A program made the position numbers and the translations under genes. Shown here piece by piece: positions 63,556-64,000 of a DNA stretch of 64,000 nt. The notes beneath the pieces are model-generated. The model was not told the origin of the DNA. It did no database searches and was given only the letters and a program-made list of their open reading frames with translations. The number at the start of each line of letters is the position of its first letter. The stretch's first letter is position 1. Source of the DNA: an uncultured Gemmatimonadales bacterium (GTDB taxonomy: Bacteria; Gemmatimonadota; Gemmatimonadetes; Gemmatimonadales; GWC2-71-9); contig CAWKBO010000006.1 in assembly GCA_963847895.1 (NCBI GenBank), positions 83,451 to 147,450 on the forward strand. Reading direction: 5' to 3'.

Positions 63556-64000
63556 ATGGCGCGTGAGGGGGACGCTGCTCGCAAGTTCGGCGCAGCCGCC
63601 AGGGCGCGTCCGCGCTTGGCGTGCCCGCTTGCGTTGCTGCTTGCCGCCGCCGCACTTGCCTCGCACGTTACTCCCGCCACGGCGCAAACGGTGGAGCAGG
63701 AAGGCGGCCGCGTTCCCGGCATCCCCGAGCCGTCAATCGCCGTCAACTTCCCAACCTGGTTCGGCGACCCGGGCGGCATCCGCTCGACGCTGGCCCGCCG
63801 TGGTGTCACGTACGCCGTCAACTACATCGGTGAGACGTCCGGCAATCCAACCGGCGGCTTTGCGCAGGGGACGTTCTATGACGGGCGTCTCGAAGTTGCG
63901 GTCACCATCGACATGGAGAAGGCGATCGGCTGGGACGGGCTGACGCTCTTCGCCAACGCCTACGACATCCACGGCCGCAGCATCACCGCCAACAACCTCG
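63556..64000 (+). CDS. OprB-family carbohydrate-selective porin, N-terminal part (runs off the window)
   Basis: My own translation from ATG 63556: signal peptide ...LALLLAAAALASHVTPATAQ, then NFPTWFGDPGGIRSTLARRGVTYAVNYIGETSGNPTGGF. This ORF is not in the supplied track because it has no stop. Confidence 0.6.
   Translation, partial: MAREGDAARKFGAAARARPRLACPLALLLAAAALASHVTPATAQTVEQEGGRVPGIPEPSIAVNFPTWFGDPGGIRSTLARRGVTYAVNYIGETSGNPTGGFAQGTFYDGRLEVAVTIDMEKAIGWDGLTLFANAYDIHGRSITANNL

Overview
High-GC bacterial window (G+C judged by eye, not computed) that does not look like one uniform locus.

**Segment 1 (1 to ~52.8 kb).**
- It opens with an str/S10/spc ribosomal superoperon: rpsL-rpsG-fusA-tuf-rpsJ ... 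rpsE-rpmD-rplO-secY-adk-map.
- Next come a suhB-like gene, trpS, pilT, purA, a type IV minor-pilin cluster, glyQS and a Cys/Met PLP enzyme.
- A zincin / small protein / ubiquitin-like / HDAC-like cluster follows.
- The rest holds a dipeptide epimerase, priA, an aquaporin, a TonB-dependent receptor, fur-ccdA, two glycine-zipper lipoproteins, ggt, murQ-anmK and a PP2C phosphatase.
- It ends with three tandem GWxTD-like paralogs.

**Segment 2 (~52.9 to 59.76 kb).** This part looks proteobacterial: csrA-tRNA-Ser, a small islet, tRNA-Arg, prpD and the 5' two-thirds of icmF.

**Segment 3 (59.76 to 64 kb).** livG-livM-livH, a CDGSH protein and a partial OprB-type porin.

**Assembly quality.** The two junctions cut genes and carry no mobile-element genes, so contig concatenation or chimerism is the most likely explanation. 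Reading frames of essential genes between ~13.75 and 28.5 kb, and again between 54 and 59.7 kb, are broken by many 1-nt indels. I read these as sequence-quality artefacts, not biology.

**Most interesting signals.**
1. A ~540-nt modular, GGA-rich, hairpin-forming repeat array lies just downstream of csrA on the same strand. It is a candidate CsrA-sequestering sRNA.
2. A family of intergenic hairpins has arms made of tandem heptanucleotide arrays. I found seven loci, and some heptamers are shared between loci.

I saw no CRISPR array, rRNA, transposase or integrase.
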